A stretch of 64,000 bases of DNA. Source: Malacoraja senta. Its lineage: Eukaryota. The stretch covers positions 57,598,001-57,662,000 of the forward strand of contig CM075980.1 of assembly GCA_038087875.1 (NCBI GenBank). Direction: 5' to 3'. Of the stretch, positions 24,620-39,024 are shown piece by piece (the first letter of the stretch is position 1; every line of letters begins with the position of its first letter). Made by a program: the position numbers and the translations under genes. Below the pieces are notes generated by a model, which was given only the letters and a program-made list of their open reading frames with translations, was not told the DNA's origin and searched no databases.

Positions 24620-26100
24620 CTTGCACATAATCCATACCCCTCCATTCCCTGCATATCCATATGCCTCTTAAACGTCTCTTAAATGCCAATATCGTATCTG
24701 CCTCCACTACCACTCCCAGCAGGGCATACCAGGCACTCCCCACCCTTTGTGTAAAAGAAAATAATTTGCCCCGCACAACTCCTTCAAACTTAGCCTCTCT
24801 CACCTTAAATCTATACCCTCTACAAATTAATGTTTCCATTCTGTGAAAAAAGGTTCTGTCTACCCTATCTATGTCTCCCAATTTTACATACTTCTATTGG
24901 TCTCCCCACAACCTCCATCATTCTAGGGGAAACAATCCAGGTCTGTCCAATCTCTCCCTGTAGCTAATACCCCGACCATCATTCCCGTAATTTTGAACTT
25001 CTGCACATTTCTAAAGCCTCCAAATTTTTCCTGTAATGGTGCGACTAGAACTGTGAGCAATACTCCAAATGCAGCCTAACCAAAGTCCTTTATAGCTGCA
25101 TCATGACTTCCTCTTACAATCAATGTCCTGACTCATGAAAGCAAGCATACAATTTGTCCTCTTTATCACTCTATCTACTTACGTTGCCACTTGCACAGAG
25201 TTATGGACTTGGATCCCACAATCCCTCTGTACATCAATGCTGTTATGGTCATGTCATTAATTGTACATTTTCCCCTAGCATTTGATTCCCAAAGTACACC
25301 TCACGCTTGGATTAAACTCCATCTGCCATTTCTCCACCCATTTCAGTAGCTGGATACTTTGGCAGCCTTCCTCAGTCCGCAACCCTAGCAATCTTGGTGT
25401 CATTTGCAAACTTACTAATGAACCTGTCTTTGTTTGCGTCCAACTCATTTATATATATCACAAACAGCAGAGATCCCAGCACAGAAGCTGCGGAACTCCA
25501 CTGGTCACAGATCTCCAGCCTGAACATCGTCCTTCCACCACAACCCCTTCTTCTAACCATAAGCCAGTTCTGGATCCACACAACCAAGTCACTGTTAACC
25601 CCGTGCATCTTAATCTTCCAGATCAGCCTACCATGGGGGATTTTACCAAAAGCTTTAGTAAATTCCATGTAGATAACATTTACTGCCCTACCTCATCAAT
25701 CACCTTTGTCACCTCCTCAAAAAACTCGATCAAGTTAGTAAGACACGACCTGTGCAAAGTGACGCTGACTGACTGTGCCTAATTAACCCATTCTTCCAAA
25801 TGGGAGTAAATCCTGTCCTGAAGAATCGTCTCCAATAACATCCCTACCATTAACACAAGGCTCACAGGCTTATAATTCCCTGGATTCTGCCTACTTCCCT
25901 TCTTAAATAAAGGAACAACATTAGCTCTCCAGTCCTCGGAACCCCGTCTGCGGCTTGAGAAAAGCAAAGATCTTTGTTGAGGCTCCTGCAAACTCCTCTC
26001 TTGCCTCTCTCAATAACCTGGAATAGATCCCATGAGGTCCTGGGGGGTTATCCATTTTAATGCTCTTCCGGAGCTCAAAACACCACCTTCTCAAACTGCC
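24620..26100 (-). mobile_element. CR1 LINE fragment (RT and 3' region; its tail continues at ~17375-17433)
   Basis: ANVVPLFKKG..NYKPVSL, KAFGKIPH, SKFANDTK, FTQRVGSAW remnants; approximate ends. Confidence 0.85.
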
Positions 26101-26504
26101 CTTGCATATTAGCTTTTTTTCAAAGAATCCATTTCACGTCCTAATCAAGTCCAAAAAGCCAAACTGAAGTGAGTTACTGTGGAGGTGATATTCTACAGAT
26201 GCAACGTTAAAATGCTAAACAATTATACCACTCGCTTACCCTAATGATTCAGATGAAAATTAAAGAGCACAATGCATTATTCAAACCAGGGCAGAGATCT
26301 GTGGTGCCATCTGGACAATTGCCTTTTTGGTTAATTCATTACACTGATATACGTCATGTTTTTCTTATTCTTGTACGTGAGGAATTGCACTGTACAAAAT
26401 AGCTGCCAAGTACACCCACGGTAACTATATTTAAAAACCAATTTAATGTAGAGATTGGATAGATATGATGCAATGTGATAAACCAGTGTCAAAGCAAGTA
26501 CTTT

Positions 26505-27350
26505 ACATAGAACGTAAGACAGTACAGCACAGGAACAGGCCCCATGACCCACAAGGTATGTGCTGAACACAATGCTAAACTACACCAATCCCTTCTGCCC
26601 GAATGACTCATTCCCCGTTCCCTGCATATTTACGTACCTATCCAACAGTCTCTTTAACTACTGTATCTGCTTCCACCACAACCCCTGGCACCGCATTTCA
26701 AGCACCTAACACTTGCCGTCTACATCCCCTTTAAACGACCTCTCTCACAATAAAGTTATGCCCTTTATTATTTGAAATTTCCACCCTGTGAAAAATATTC
26801 TCTGACAGTCTGACCTATCTGTGCCTTCTAATCAATAAACTGTGTCCACCCTACCTATATAGCTATTACTCTTTAATGAAGGCAACATCCCGGTAAGCTT
26901 CTCCTGCATCTTCTCCAAAGCCTCCACACCTCTCCTATAAGGAATATAACCAGAACTTCATACAATATGCGGCCTAACTAAGGTTCTACAAAGCTGCAGC
27001 ATAACTTACTGACTCTTATACTCAATCGATAAATGCAAGCATATAATTTGACTTCTTTACCACTAATTACTCCTGTTGCTGCTTTCCAAGACTTATGGAC
27101 CCCAAGAATTCTCTGAACATCATTGCTGTTGAGGGCAATACCATAAATTGTATTCATTCCCTCTACATTTGACCTTCCAACATGCAATACCTCACACATT
27201 CTAGGTTTAAACTCCATATGCCATTTCTCCACCCACATCCGTACCTAATTTATATTGTTGTATCTCCAATAGCTATCTTCACAGTCCATAATTTCGCCAA
27301 TTTTTGTACCGTCTACAACCTTACTAACCAATACGTCTACATTTTCGTCT
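26505..27350 (-). mobile_element. Degraded CR1 3' fragment
   Basis: KWHMEF..CEVLH remnant and CR1-type tail; approximate. Confidence 0.75.
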
Positions 27351-27360
27351 TTTATATACA

Positions 27361-29726
27361 CAGTGCCCTCCATAATGTTCGGGACAAAGACCTAACATAT
27401 ATTTATTTGCCTCTGTACTCCACAATTTGAGATTTGTAATCGAAAAAAATCACATGTGGTTAAAGTACACATTGTCAGATTTTAATAAAGGCCATTTTTA
27501 TACATTTTGGTTTTACCATGTAGAAATTACAGCAGTGTTTATACATTGTCCCCCCCCATTTCAGGGCATCATAACGTTTGGGACACAGCAATGTCATGTA
27601 AATGAAAGTAGTCACGTTTAGTATTTTGTTGCATATCCTTTGCATGCAATGACTGCTTGAAGTCTGCAATTCATAGACACCAGTTGCTTGGAGTCTTCTC
27701 TGGTGATGCTCTGCCAGGCTTGTATTGCAGCCATCTTTAGCTTATGCTAGTTTGGGGGGGGGGGGGGGGGTTTAGACCCCAGTTTTCTCTTCAGCATATA
27801 AAGGCATGCTCAATTGGGTTCAGATCGGGTGATTGGCCACTTAAGATTTGACCATTTTTTAGCTTTGAAAAACTCCTTTGTTGCTTTAGCAGTATGATTG
27901 GGATCATTGTCTTGCTGTAGAATGAATTGAGGCTTTTGTTTGAACTTGAGCAGATAGGATGTGTCTATACACATCAGAATTCATTATGCTACTACCATCA
28001 GCAGTTGTATCATCAATGAAGATAAGTGGGCCAGTACTATCAGCAGCCATACATGCCCAGGCCATAACACCTCTACCACCGTGTTTCACAGATGAGGTGG
28101 TGTGCTTTGGATCTTGGGCAGTTTCTTCTCTCCTCCATACTTTGACCTTCACCATCACTCTGCTATGTTAATCTTCAAGTTCAGGTTTGTGGTTATTGTC
28201 ACTTAACCAACTACGGTACAGATAAATTTGAGTTACCATACAGCTATACTAAGTGAAAAGCAATAGTACACACAGCCACATAAAACTACAATTTAACATA
28301 CACATCCACCACAGTGGAATCAACATTCCTCACTGTGATGGAAGGCAATAAAGTTCAGTCATCTTCCTGTTTGTTCACCCATCGTCGGGGCATTTGAACC
28401 CTCCGCACTTGCCACTGCAGACGGTCCGCTGTTCAAGCCCTCTCGTCGGGATGATCGAAACTCCAGCGTCGGGATGGATCGGAACACTCCGCGGCATGAA
28501 GCTCCCGAGTCGGCTGCTTCTTACTTGAGACTGCGGCTTCACGATGTCAAAGTCCACAGGCGCCGCGGTTAGAGCTCCGCTGGCGACCCTCGGCAAAGGA
28601 TCGTAGCTCCCGATGTTAAAGTCCGCTCGCGCCCACGGCTTGAAGCTCTGGGCCGGTCTCCAGGAAAGGCCGCACCAACTCCATGTTGCAGGTCGCAGGG
28701 GAGGACGGAGATGCAACACGGAGAAAGTAAAAAAAAAAAAATTGCATCTCTGTCGAGGTAAGTGACTGAACAAGATTTCTCCCGATCCCCTCCCACATAA
28801 AACAAACCAAGAAACACTAAATCATACTTTTAAAACATACTTAAAATAATAAAAACAGAGAGGGGACTGACTGACTGTTGGCGAGGCAGCCACCACGGTG
28901 GTGCCACCCGATGGACATATCTTCGTCTCATCTGTCCACAAGACCTTTTTCCAAAACTGTGGTTGCTCTTTTAAGTACTTCTTGGCAAACTGTAGCCTGG
29001 CCATCCTACTTTTATGGCTAACCAGTGGTTTGCATCTTGCAGTGTAGCCTCTGTATTTCTGTTCATGAAGTCTTCTGCAGACAGTGGTCATTGACAAATC
29101 CACACCTGACTCCTGAAGTCTGTTTCTGATCTGTCGAACAGGTGTTTGGGGATTTTTCTTTATTACACAGAGAATTCTTCTGTCATCAGCAGGTCATCCT
29201 TGGCCTGCCAGTCCCTTTGCGATTAGTAAGCTCACCAGTGCTCTCTTTCTTCTTAATGATGTTCCAAACAGGAATTTGGTACGCCTAAGGTTTGGCTGTT
29301 GTCTCTAACAGTTTTCTTCTTGTTTCTCAATCTCATAATGGCTTCTTTGACTTTCATTGGCACGACTTTGGTCCTCATGTTGATAAACAGCAATAAAAGT
29401 TTCCAAAGGTGATGGAAAGACTGGAGGAAAGACTAGGTGCTGAGAGCTCTCTTATACCTGCATTAAGGAGGCAATTACCTGAGCAATTACAGACACCCGT
29501 GAAGTCGTGTGTCCCAAACATTATGGTGCCCTGAAATGGGGGGGACTATGTATAAACACAGCTGTAATTTCTACAATGTGAAACCAAAATGTATAAAAAT
29601 AGTCTTTATTAAAATCTGACAATGTGCACTTTAACCACATGTGGGGTGTTTTCTATTAAAAATCTCAAATTGTGGAGTACAGAGGCAAATGATGGGTCTT
29701 TGTCCCAAACATTATGGAGGACACTA
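27361..29726 (-). mobile_element. Tc1-family transposon with ~225-bp IR/DR-type TIRs and a decayed DD34E-type transposase
   Basis: TIRs 27361-27586 / 29508-29726 (CAGTGCCCTCCATAATGTT); WKKVLWTDETKI, VKHGG..VMAWACM, QQDNDP, SPDLNPIEH motifs with frameshifts. Confidence 0.92.
28177..28918 (-). mobile_element. Non-coding SINE-like retroelement inserted in the Tc1 transposase
   Basis: TSD atcttc 28171-28176/28919-28924; Rex/L2-like gtgacaataa tail; conserved hairpin core shared with 30707-31489. Confidence 0.8.
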
Positions 29727-29980
29727 TGTTCCAAATCATAGAAGTCCCTACAGATTACTATTAGTCCCAGACCTCCAGCCAGAATAACACCCTGTCATCA
29801 TTCCTCCGAGTTTTATATGGATATAAGCCAGTTCTGAAATCCAAACTAGCAAGTTTATTTTTCAGTTTTAGGATACAGCATGGAAACCAGCCCTCAAGTC
29901 CACACTGACCGTGGATCATCCGTAACACTAGTTCTTTGTTATCCCACTCGATACACTGGGGTAGAGACAAATTAACCTAT

Positions 29981-32900
29981 AATAATAATAATAAACTTCA
30001 TTTCGGACTCATGGTCCGGACAAGGGACAACATTACATAAAAATACATTGCATATAAAAACATAACATACATATAAAATCTTAGTATATCACTTATAAAA
30101 GCATCATAAATGATATAGTTTAAAAAAAAAATATTTGATTTAAAATCCAGAATAAAAAGAAAAATCAGTGTCCTACAACGAGACAGCGATACCAGTGTCT
30201 CCACAACTGGGATTCGTAGCGCTAAACCTTGTTTGACAAGGCCACGATAATTACATTTTTAGTCATTTATCCTGCAAAGGAATTTATATATATGATTTCT
30301 TAGGATAGCTTCTAAGTACTGACTCCTGCAGCCACAAACATGTCACTAGCACTACATCTAGGTTTCCTTAGCAGTGTTCTCATGGCATCATTATAGGCCG
30401 CCTTTAGTCTCTGCAAACTTGTCTTTCCGTAGTTCGACCACACGTGCGCAGTATAGAGTGGTGTGCAAGATGCTCTAAACAGCTACATCTTCACCACATC
30501 TGTACACGCACCAAACGTATGCAAGAGAATATGCGCCTGTACATACAGCATACATCGTTGCCTATAAATATTCTCATCATCTGTCATTTGTTCTGTAATA
30601 AAATGCCCAAGATATTTTACCTTATTACAGATACTAAGATTATTATCAGACAATTTAAAATCAGGAAATGTTAGACATTTATCCTCTTTGATTCTACAGA
30701 TCATAAGATAGATAGATAGAATGCCATTTATTGTCATTTAAACTTACAATGTTCAAACAAGATTACGTTCCTGCAGTCATAACAGCAAAAAAACACACAA
30801 AAAACACAATTGACACAATTCCACACAGACATCCATCACAGTGAATCTCCAAACACCTCCTCACTGTGATGGAAGGCAAAAGTCTTATCTCTTCCCTGTT
30901 CTCTGTTCTTTATTCTTCTTCTCCCGCAGTCAAACTGCTGCATCGAGCTGATCGAGGCTTTTGATGTTAGAGCCCCCGGCGGGCGACGGTAAGTCCCGCG
31001 GCCGTTTAAGCCGCGCCGGGCGATGTAAGGCCCTGCTCCGGGACGATTTAAACCCCTCGATTCGGGCGGGAGAAGTTGCCATTGCGGGAGCTCCGAAAAG
31101 CGGTCTCCCACCAGGGACCCGCGAGCTCCCGATGTTACCGTCCACAGGGCCTGCAGCCGGAGCCTCCGAAGCTCCAAAGTCGGGTCGCAGCCGCGCGTCA
31201 CCACAGTGCTCCGCGCTCCGAAGTCAGCCAGCTCCGCGATGGTGAGTCCGCAGGCTCTGCGACTGGAGCCCCGGGTCGATTCCATTTGGAGGCCGCCGGC
31301 TCCACAATGTTAGGCCCCAACGACAACGGAGACTCGACCGGGAAAGGTCAAGTCCTCCGTGCAGGGAAGAGATTAAAAAGTTCCCCCCAGCCCTCCCACA
31401 TATACACAGCTAAAAATAAAATAAAACTAAAACCAAAAACATACACCTAACAGGACAAAAAACAGACGGACTGCAGTGGCGCCGCATTTTAACAGCACTC
31501 TTACAAGCATTATATTTAATATCATGTTCCACACCATACACAGAACATATAGTAAGGAGCTGCTGGAGACCAGCGCTAGATGGACTAAAGACCACAAGAT
31601 CATCTGCATACATAATATGGTTCACCAAAATATTACCAATTATGCACCCAGTATTACAGGCTTTCAATTGTTTGGACAGATCATCAATATGATTATAAAG
31701 GACTGGGGACAAAATGCCCCCTTGTCTAACACCATTGCTAACCCCAAATGGGTCTGAGACCCTATTGCCCCATTTTATTTGCATAGTCTGGTGGGCATAC
31801 CAGTAAGCCAGAATTTGACTCATTTTAACAAACAGCTTTCTGTGATTAACACGATCAAAGGCTTTGAAAGCATAAAAAAAGCACAAGAATTGAAGAGTTT
31901 TTGCCTCTATATTTGTTTACAATCTCCTTTAGGGCATATATGCACGTTAGTGCCATGTTTAGCTTTAAAACCAAACTGGTTATCTGTGGAGTTAACAAAC
32001 TCATTTACTCGATCCAGCAGAACTCTTTCTAAGACTTTTGACAATATGCTGGCTAAAGCTATGGGCCTGTAATTATTTAGGCTGCCTACTTTACCAGCTT
32101 TGTCCTTAATGACCGGCACTAGCAGAACAGACAACATTGAATCTGGTAATAAGCCATGAATCAAAGCTAGTAAAACAAATAGCAAGGAGAGGAGCTATCC
32201 TCATACTCGCATACTTAAGACGTTCAGCAGAAATATGATCCAAGCCACTTGCTTTGTTGTTGGACAGCTTGTTCATGGCATGATACACCTTATGTGACAT
32301 AATCACCATTGAGTCATTACTCTCAATATTGTCCTTCATATACAAATAGCCTTGAAAACAGTTGAATAAAGTACTATAATGTTGTCGCCATAACTCCGCG
32401 ATATTAGCTGTTCCGGAGATTCCATCTACAGTGCTTGGTAGATGTTTTGCAGCAGTTAAGAGCTCTCACTTCTTTCCAAAAATCAGTAGCATTGTTACTT
32501 AGCAGCTTCTTAGCCTTGGAAACAGCCCTCATAGCTTGCTCATTTTTACAGATGAAGTGAACAGCATACTTATATCTTGCATTAGTGAGCTTCTTGTACT
32601 CAAACACAGGCCCCTGTCTGGGTCTACCTGCCATAGCCCATAGCCCATGATTTAGTGGCTTCACGGGCTTCAGCATGATACTCAGCTGCATACTTATTCC
32701 AGCCAGGCCGCATGTTATGTGTCTTATTTTTATGCTTGCAGTAGGGCTTACTGCCTACATATAAAGCACTTACTATATCATTATACATGGATCAGATATC
32801 TCTCCTATGCTTCATATCCTTACAATTAACATTACTACACATTACTTCATCGTTAGGTAGATGAATATTGCTTAAGGATTTATCTGTATGGGCATAATAG

Positions 32901-33505
32901 GCTAAGATGTGTTTTTCTGTGTTAAAGCTATTTCTATCTCTGGATACCACAGGTAGGTGTTCAACATTTATTGTCATAGCCACAGGTATATGATCAGTCA
33001 TTGCTGTCCCATACAAAATGCTCATGCACCCCAATGAGGCATGTGCATCAGCTGTACTAATACAGTGGTCCAGCCATGACGTAGTGTGCCAGGCTAATAT
33101 AAGTATAACTTTCTGTAGGCAAAAGCACTTTGCTTGACAATATTAAATTATTATCTTGACAGAACTGAGCTATATGATTGGCAAATAATGAGTTCCTGTG
33201 AGATATCTGCATTCATATCCCCAATGACATATACACTACAATAATTATTGTTTGGAATAAAGGAATAGATGAAAGCAAGCCTATTTAAATATTTATCCTC
33301 ATTCTGATGGCATTCATAGGGTGTATACACATTCAGGATAACAAATTCCTTGTCGTTGTGAGCAAAGTGTGTTGTGTCAGCATCAAGCCGAACCACATTT
33401 ATTGATGAGTCAAGCTTCTTGTTCCATAGAATAGCCACACCCTCTGATATCCTACCTCTGACTATTCCCATGCCAAGGTCAGTTGTAGACTCCCCAGCCC
33501 AATGA
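29981..33505 (-). mobile_element. Near-complete but decayed non-LTR retrotransposon ORF2 (RTE/RTE-X-like; clade uncertain)
   Basis: EN remnants (GVAILW, NVYTP, GDMN, TDH); RT motifs NYRPIALAS, QFGF, KAFDRVNH, GVRQGGILSP, YADD, KYLG; (TTA)n tail near 29988. Confidence 0.85.
30707..31489 (-). mobile_element. Non-coding GC-rich SINE-like insert within the RTE-like LINE
   Basis: Splits the host reading KSAV|MICR; (TCTA)n tail; same hairpin core as 28177-28918. Confidence 0.8.
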
Positions 33506-34644
33506 AAGTTGTCATTGAGAGAAGTGAGTTATAAACCCATACGTCTTTGGGATGTGGGAGGAAACCGGAACACCCGGAGGAATCCCATGGGGTCAGAGGG
33601 AAAACATACAACCTACAGAGTTTGCCCAAGATCAGGATTAAACCTGGTTATGTGGCACTGCGAGACAGCAGCTCTATCAGCTGCGCCACCGTGCTATCCA
33701 TTTGTAGATTGTGGTTGTGGCTCCGTGCATCTTAATCTTCTTGGGAGATCTTGTCAAGTGCCTTGTCATGGCAACGTAGATAACATCCACTGCATAATTC
33801 ATCATTTCGTGACATTCGTAATAAGGGATTCAATTTCATCCCAGGTACCTGGAGAACTTCATAGTACTCCTCAAATGTGTTGAGGCCTCGTGGAAGTTCC
33901 AAAAGCCATTGGAGGTGTACAATTCATCAATACATTTAAACAAGTTGCCAGTTGGTATCTGTTGTTTAACATATTAATTTTCTCTCCATTTAAACTCTGC
34001 TCCACGAGGTTCAGAAGACGATAGCTAGTATCGACCATTTAAAATACTCACTGTTATTTCCATTATACCTCCAATACACACAGACTTGCCATTAACACAT
34101 TTGTTGTCACTACCTTTGAACTCCACTCCGTGCAAAGTTCAGAGGACGCCACCTAGTATCAATCATCAATATATTCATTGTCTTTACCTTGACACATCAG
34201 CACTCAGAAGCCACCAGCTGGTATCTGCTATTACTCCTTATCTGTGTACCCCGTTAAGCTGAGACCCAAACAGCTCAAATTATTAACATATTAAGTATGC
34301 TTACCTTTGTACCTTATTGCATTCGGAACCGTCTCAACTTTTGTACAATGTAAAAGTAAACTAAGCACTATTCCTGTAATTAACATATCAATCTACCTCA
34401 CGTTTGTATTTCCTCAGGTTATCTTTTTTGGTGTATAAATGTCCTGCTGTACCGACTTAACTTTGGAGTTGAGATCACAGCCTTTAACTGATACACTTCT
34501 CCCCTTGTGCAAGTTAAACTCGCTGCTGATGGTTAATAAAGGTCCTCGAGTCTTATTAAAGAGTCAACTTTGTCAGCCTTCAAGAGCCAACTAAGCCATG
34601 AAGCAGGCAGCTGACAGGGTTACATTTCTACACCAGTCACTTAC

Positions 34645-34754
34645 CAGAAGACTTCATTACAGCGGCTGCACTGCACTCGCCGAGCTTTCGGTTCCTGTAC
34701 CTGGATCACCATCGGACAGTCAGCACCGGGACAAAGCTGCAGTTGGTAGTGGCT
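34645..34754 (-). CDS. ARIH2: ARIH2 coding exon 6 (IBR: [13 protein letters not shown]...CSRCNEVFC)
   Basis: 110 nt, aatag| and |gtaagt. Confidence 0.97.
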
Positions 34755-37700
34755 CTATTTGAAGAGCAACAAAAACAAGTAGTTGAGAAAAAGCAGCAGA
34801 CTCTTTCAGATTCCACAATAATAGCTTCCTTTTATTAAAGGAAAAGCCCCCAAGAAGTTTCTTAGACTATAACTCTTACATATCCAATAATGTATTCAGA
34901 CAATGGATAGGCAGAGGTTACATATTTTTGTCAAACTTGATCCAAAACAATCAGATAATACGTAAATAGAATCAAGCCAAACTCAAGTACAATAGATAGA
35001 GCAAAGGGGAAGATGCAGACTGCAGAATATAGTTCCTCGTCATTATGGCGCAACAGTTCCATTGATAAAATCCAATGTTCTCAAAGGGGAAGAGTTGAAT
35101 CAGACAGTATCCTAGCTTAAGGAAGGACCGTTCAGAAGCTTGATAATGGGGGATAAGAACTGTTCCTGAGTTTGGCAGTGCATGCTTTCAAGCTTCTACT
35201 CACAGAAGCAAGGAGAAGGAGGAATGACTGGGGTAGGACAAGTTTTTAATTATGTTGGCTGTAAAAGGTACCATGGCACTACCTCAAGGATGACCGGAAA
35301 ATTATTCAGTTAACCAACTTCATTGAATCAGATCATCTGACCATTTTGCCTACCAATTCCTGTTGTAATAATGCCAAGGAATCTGCTGCATGCACAAAGA
35401 TAGAGCCTTGATTTCACACTTTACCCAAATAACAGCTGGAACTATTAACCTTCTGGAGGTCATTGCGTCATAGCCAATGCTTTAAAAAGCAAATATTTTT
35501 ACACACAAGCAGATAAGATCAACTGTTGTTGCAGTCTGTTTTTCATCCTGCACTTCAATGCCAGCCACAATGCCTGGCATAGCCGTGGTAGGATAGAGTT
35601 CAACTAGCCAAGCTGTAGCTGACAAATAACTGCTGGTTCTTTTTAGGTAGTAGTGTGTTTGGTGACTTAATAATTACTACACAGATGGAGGTGAAGACTG
35701 CTAAATGGCCAGGCTTAATGCCCAAAGTCCAACTAGAAAATAAACATTTTAAATCGTGACCATTGTCTTAGCTCCTCCACTCAAGGAAAATATTCAATCT
35801 CTAAGCAATTATGCACAAGATTCATTCCATGAGTTTTTCTGTTGTCTCATTGACATATAGGTTTGCATTTACTCTGAGCACACCTATCAACACAACTGCA
35901 TTTTACAATTACCCAATTTTACAGAGGACATTTATCCGACAAACCAGCACGTCTTTGGTATGTCGAGGGAAATCAGAGCACCTGGAGGAAATCAGTTACA
36001 GGGAGAATGTTTAAACTACTGAGCGCTGAGCGACAGCAGCTCCACCAGCAGACCACTGGGCTGTCTTCTCGAACAACTATTATGTTCAGTGGCTTCAACC
36101 TCCAGAATTTCTTCAAATTAAATCGGAAATTAACGCATGAAAAAAAAAAGCTTTCTATTGAGAATCTCATGCTACGTAATATATTTTCACTAAATTGGAA
36201 GATCAAGTGATGGCCATTTTACAACCAAGTAGTAGACTCAATCCTATGGCAGCTATGCCAGGCATTATGGATGGTGCTGGACAGACTGCTGCCACACTGT
36301 TAGAAACACAAACATCTGAAGCAGTGGGATTATCTGCAAATTCCCAGAGATTTCCATTCTGTGCAAATATTTAAACTGATGGTCCAACCGAGTCAGGTTG
36401 CGAATTTAACAGTTCATCCTGGCAGTCTGTCGACATGGTTAGGAAAATGAAGGCAGAATAGACTTCAGTACTGTATTTGGTGTAGGAGTTTTGGGTTGGG
36501 AATAGGGGGCGAGTTTAATGTCAGAGATTTTCCTGCTGTATCATCAATTTACTTTTTGCACCAATATCATCCAGTCTTGTTTGAAACAGATTCAGGGAAA
36601 TGCACCTCCCCTTGGATTAAACATGATCTGGGAAAAATACTGCCACTCTGCAACAGCACAATCCATAGGACATTTCCACTTAAATACCAAATTATTTGAG
36701 CGTTTTATTTGCACAATGTATTGAAAATATGGCCACTGGTGCATTTAAAGTGACAAATCAACAGAAGTATTCGCCGACTGATTTTCATTGCATCCAAGTA
36801 AGATGAAGACGTAGCTAAGAAACTCGAATCCAAAAATCAATGCTTGTTTTTAAACTTGCATTGGGATTCATAAAAGCACAACGTTTACCAGACTCAATGG
36901 CTCAACAAAGCTATTCATCTTTTCCTTTTCTCATGACCTAAATTGCATGCAGTATTCCAGGTAAGACCTCATCAATACCCTGTGCAACTACACCAAAACC
37001 ACCTATGTTTAAGATCTAATCCCTTTGCAACGAAGGCCAAAATATCACTTGTTTCTTTTACTTGTTAGACATATTAGTTGTTTTTTTGCGATTCATGCAC
37101 TGGAACATTTTTGATTCACTTACATCCTCTCTTCCATTTAGATAATAATCTGTTTTTTTATTTGTCTTACTGAAGTGCATACCCACCCAACATCCCCCAC
37201 CCCACACATTAAATTCCACTTGTTAGTCTTTTGCTCAGTCACTCAATCCATCTATATCCGTTGCAAAAATCAGTGTATCCATATCACAACATGCCCTTCC
37301 ACCTATTTTCATATCATCGGCAAATATGGAAATCTTTAACATACTGTTCCTTCCTCAGTTATTAATGCAAATGGCAAAACTGTGGCCCAACAACTGATCC
37401 CTGTGATACTCCACGATTAGTAATCTTCAAATCTAAAATAGGCACATTCATTCCCACTGTTTTCTACAAGACAGCCATTTTTTCAGTGCAAGGAATTCTC
37501 AGCCCCATAGCTTCAAGGAAACAGTAAGGAATCACTCTTCAAACTGCAACCTTGCACAACAGCACACCAGCTTGAACATTAATCACTTTACTTTTCAATT
37601 GCCACAATAACTCCAATATTAAAAGCTGTAGGATAGATCTAGAACAAATAATTCTAATTAAAATGCAAAAAAATAATTAATCTGTACCCATCCAGTTTTT

Positions 37701-39024
37701 ATATCATAATACTGTATAGTATTCATTTTTCCACCTAAATTTCATAAACATTAAAACAAAAATCCAATTTAACAAGTAAATGACGAATGAATAAAAATAT
37801 AAGTGTTTTCTTAACAATGCTTGGGTAACACACTTTAAAGTGCTTCTATTTCTGATTTAGACATACGAGTTAATTTGCAAGTTCAGTATTACTTTTAACT
37901 TGGGTGTCACAGCAGTATCCAGTGCTGAATTAAGCAACTTTCACCCATTCACATGAAGGGAACCAAGTAGAGAAAATTTCAATGGGGGAAGCAATGTTTT
38001 CTTTACCCAATGCAGCTTATAACATTTCCAACAATGTTTTCAATGGTACTTCATTGTCAGGTGTACCTAGGTACAGTGAACTTCCTTTTTTGCATACAGT
38101 TCAGTAAAAATCTTACTATACATAGGCATGATCAGAGTGTAGAAACATAGAACTGCAGATGTTGGTTTGGGCACAATGCTCAAGTACACGAGTGCAAGAA
38201 TAGTACATTAAACTGAGGCAATATACAAGTTGCCGTGTTTCCAGTGCCATTGTATGTGATTCAAGTGATTCTTAACAATGTTGGGATACCTTCATTAATT
38301 TGAATTACCAAATAAAATTTAGGTTATGTTTCAGTGCTTCTTGTATTTGGACAACAAAAATGGAAAATTTATTTTCTTGAAAAAGGAAAGACATAAGCAA
38401 TAAATGTAAGTGTTCTGGAAGTGCTGTCGGTACAACTGTCCTCTCTTAATCCAAGTCTGAAGAAGGGTCCCAATCCAAAATGTGGTTTATCCATTCCCTC
38501 CACAGGTGCCGCCTAATCCGCTGAGTTACTCCAGCACTTTGTGCTTTGCTCAAGGTTCCAGCTTCTGCAGTTCCTTGTCTCTCCAGAGATCAGTTCTTAT
38601 CATTTTGCAGCCCTCTACCTTTGTCTCCCAGCTTGCAATTGTGACAATGGACTTCTGCAGTCTATTTATGGTGGACAACACCCCTCTAGGCTCAGTTTAT
38701 TCCTTTCCCAATATCTACACTTGTTGGTCAATGGTCAACAATTGGAGGTCCACGTTAATCTTATCCCGCACTTTGCTCAAAAACCAGAAGCTTTAATATA
38801 TATTAAATATACCTTAGCATGAATACAAACACAACCAAAGTATACCAATTTTAGTTTATGTATATCCAGTTTATCTTTGCCTTGGATTTTATGTTTTATC
38901 ATTAACTTCAATCAGAAAGTTACCTCTTCCTGTTAAATGCTGGCAGAGGTCAAACAAGTTCTTTACTTGTTCAGTTTTTAACAACTCAACAACCCCCTCC
39001 ACATAAAAATGAATCACCACCTAC

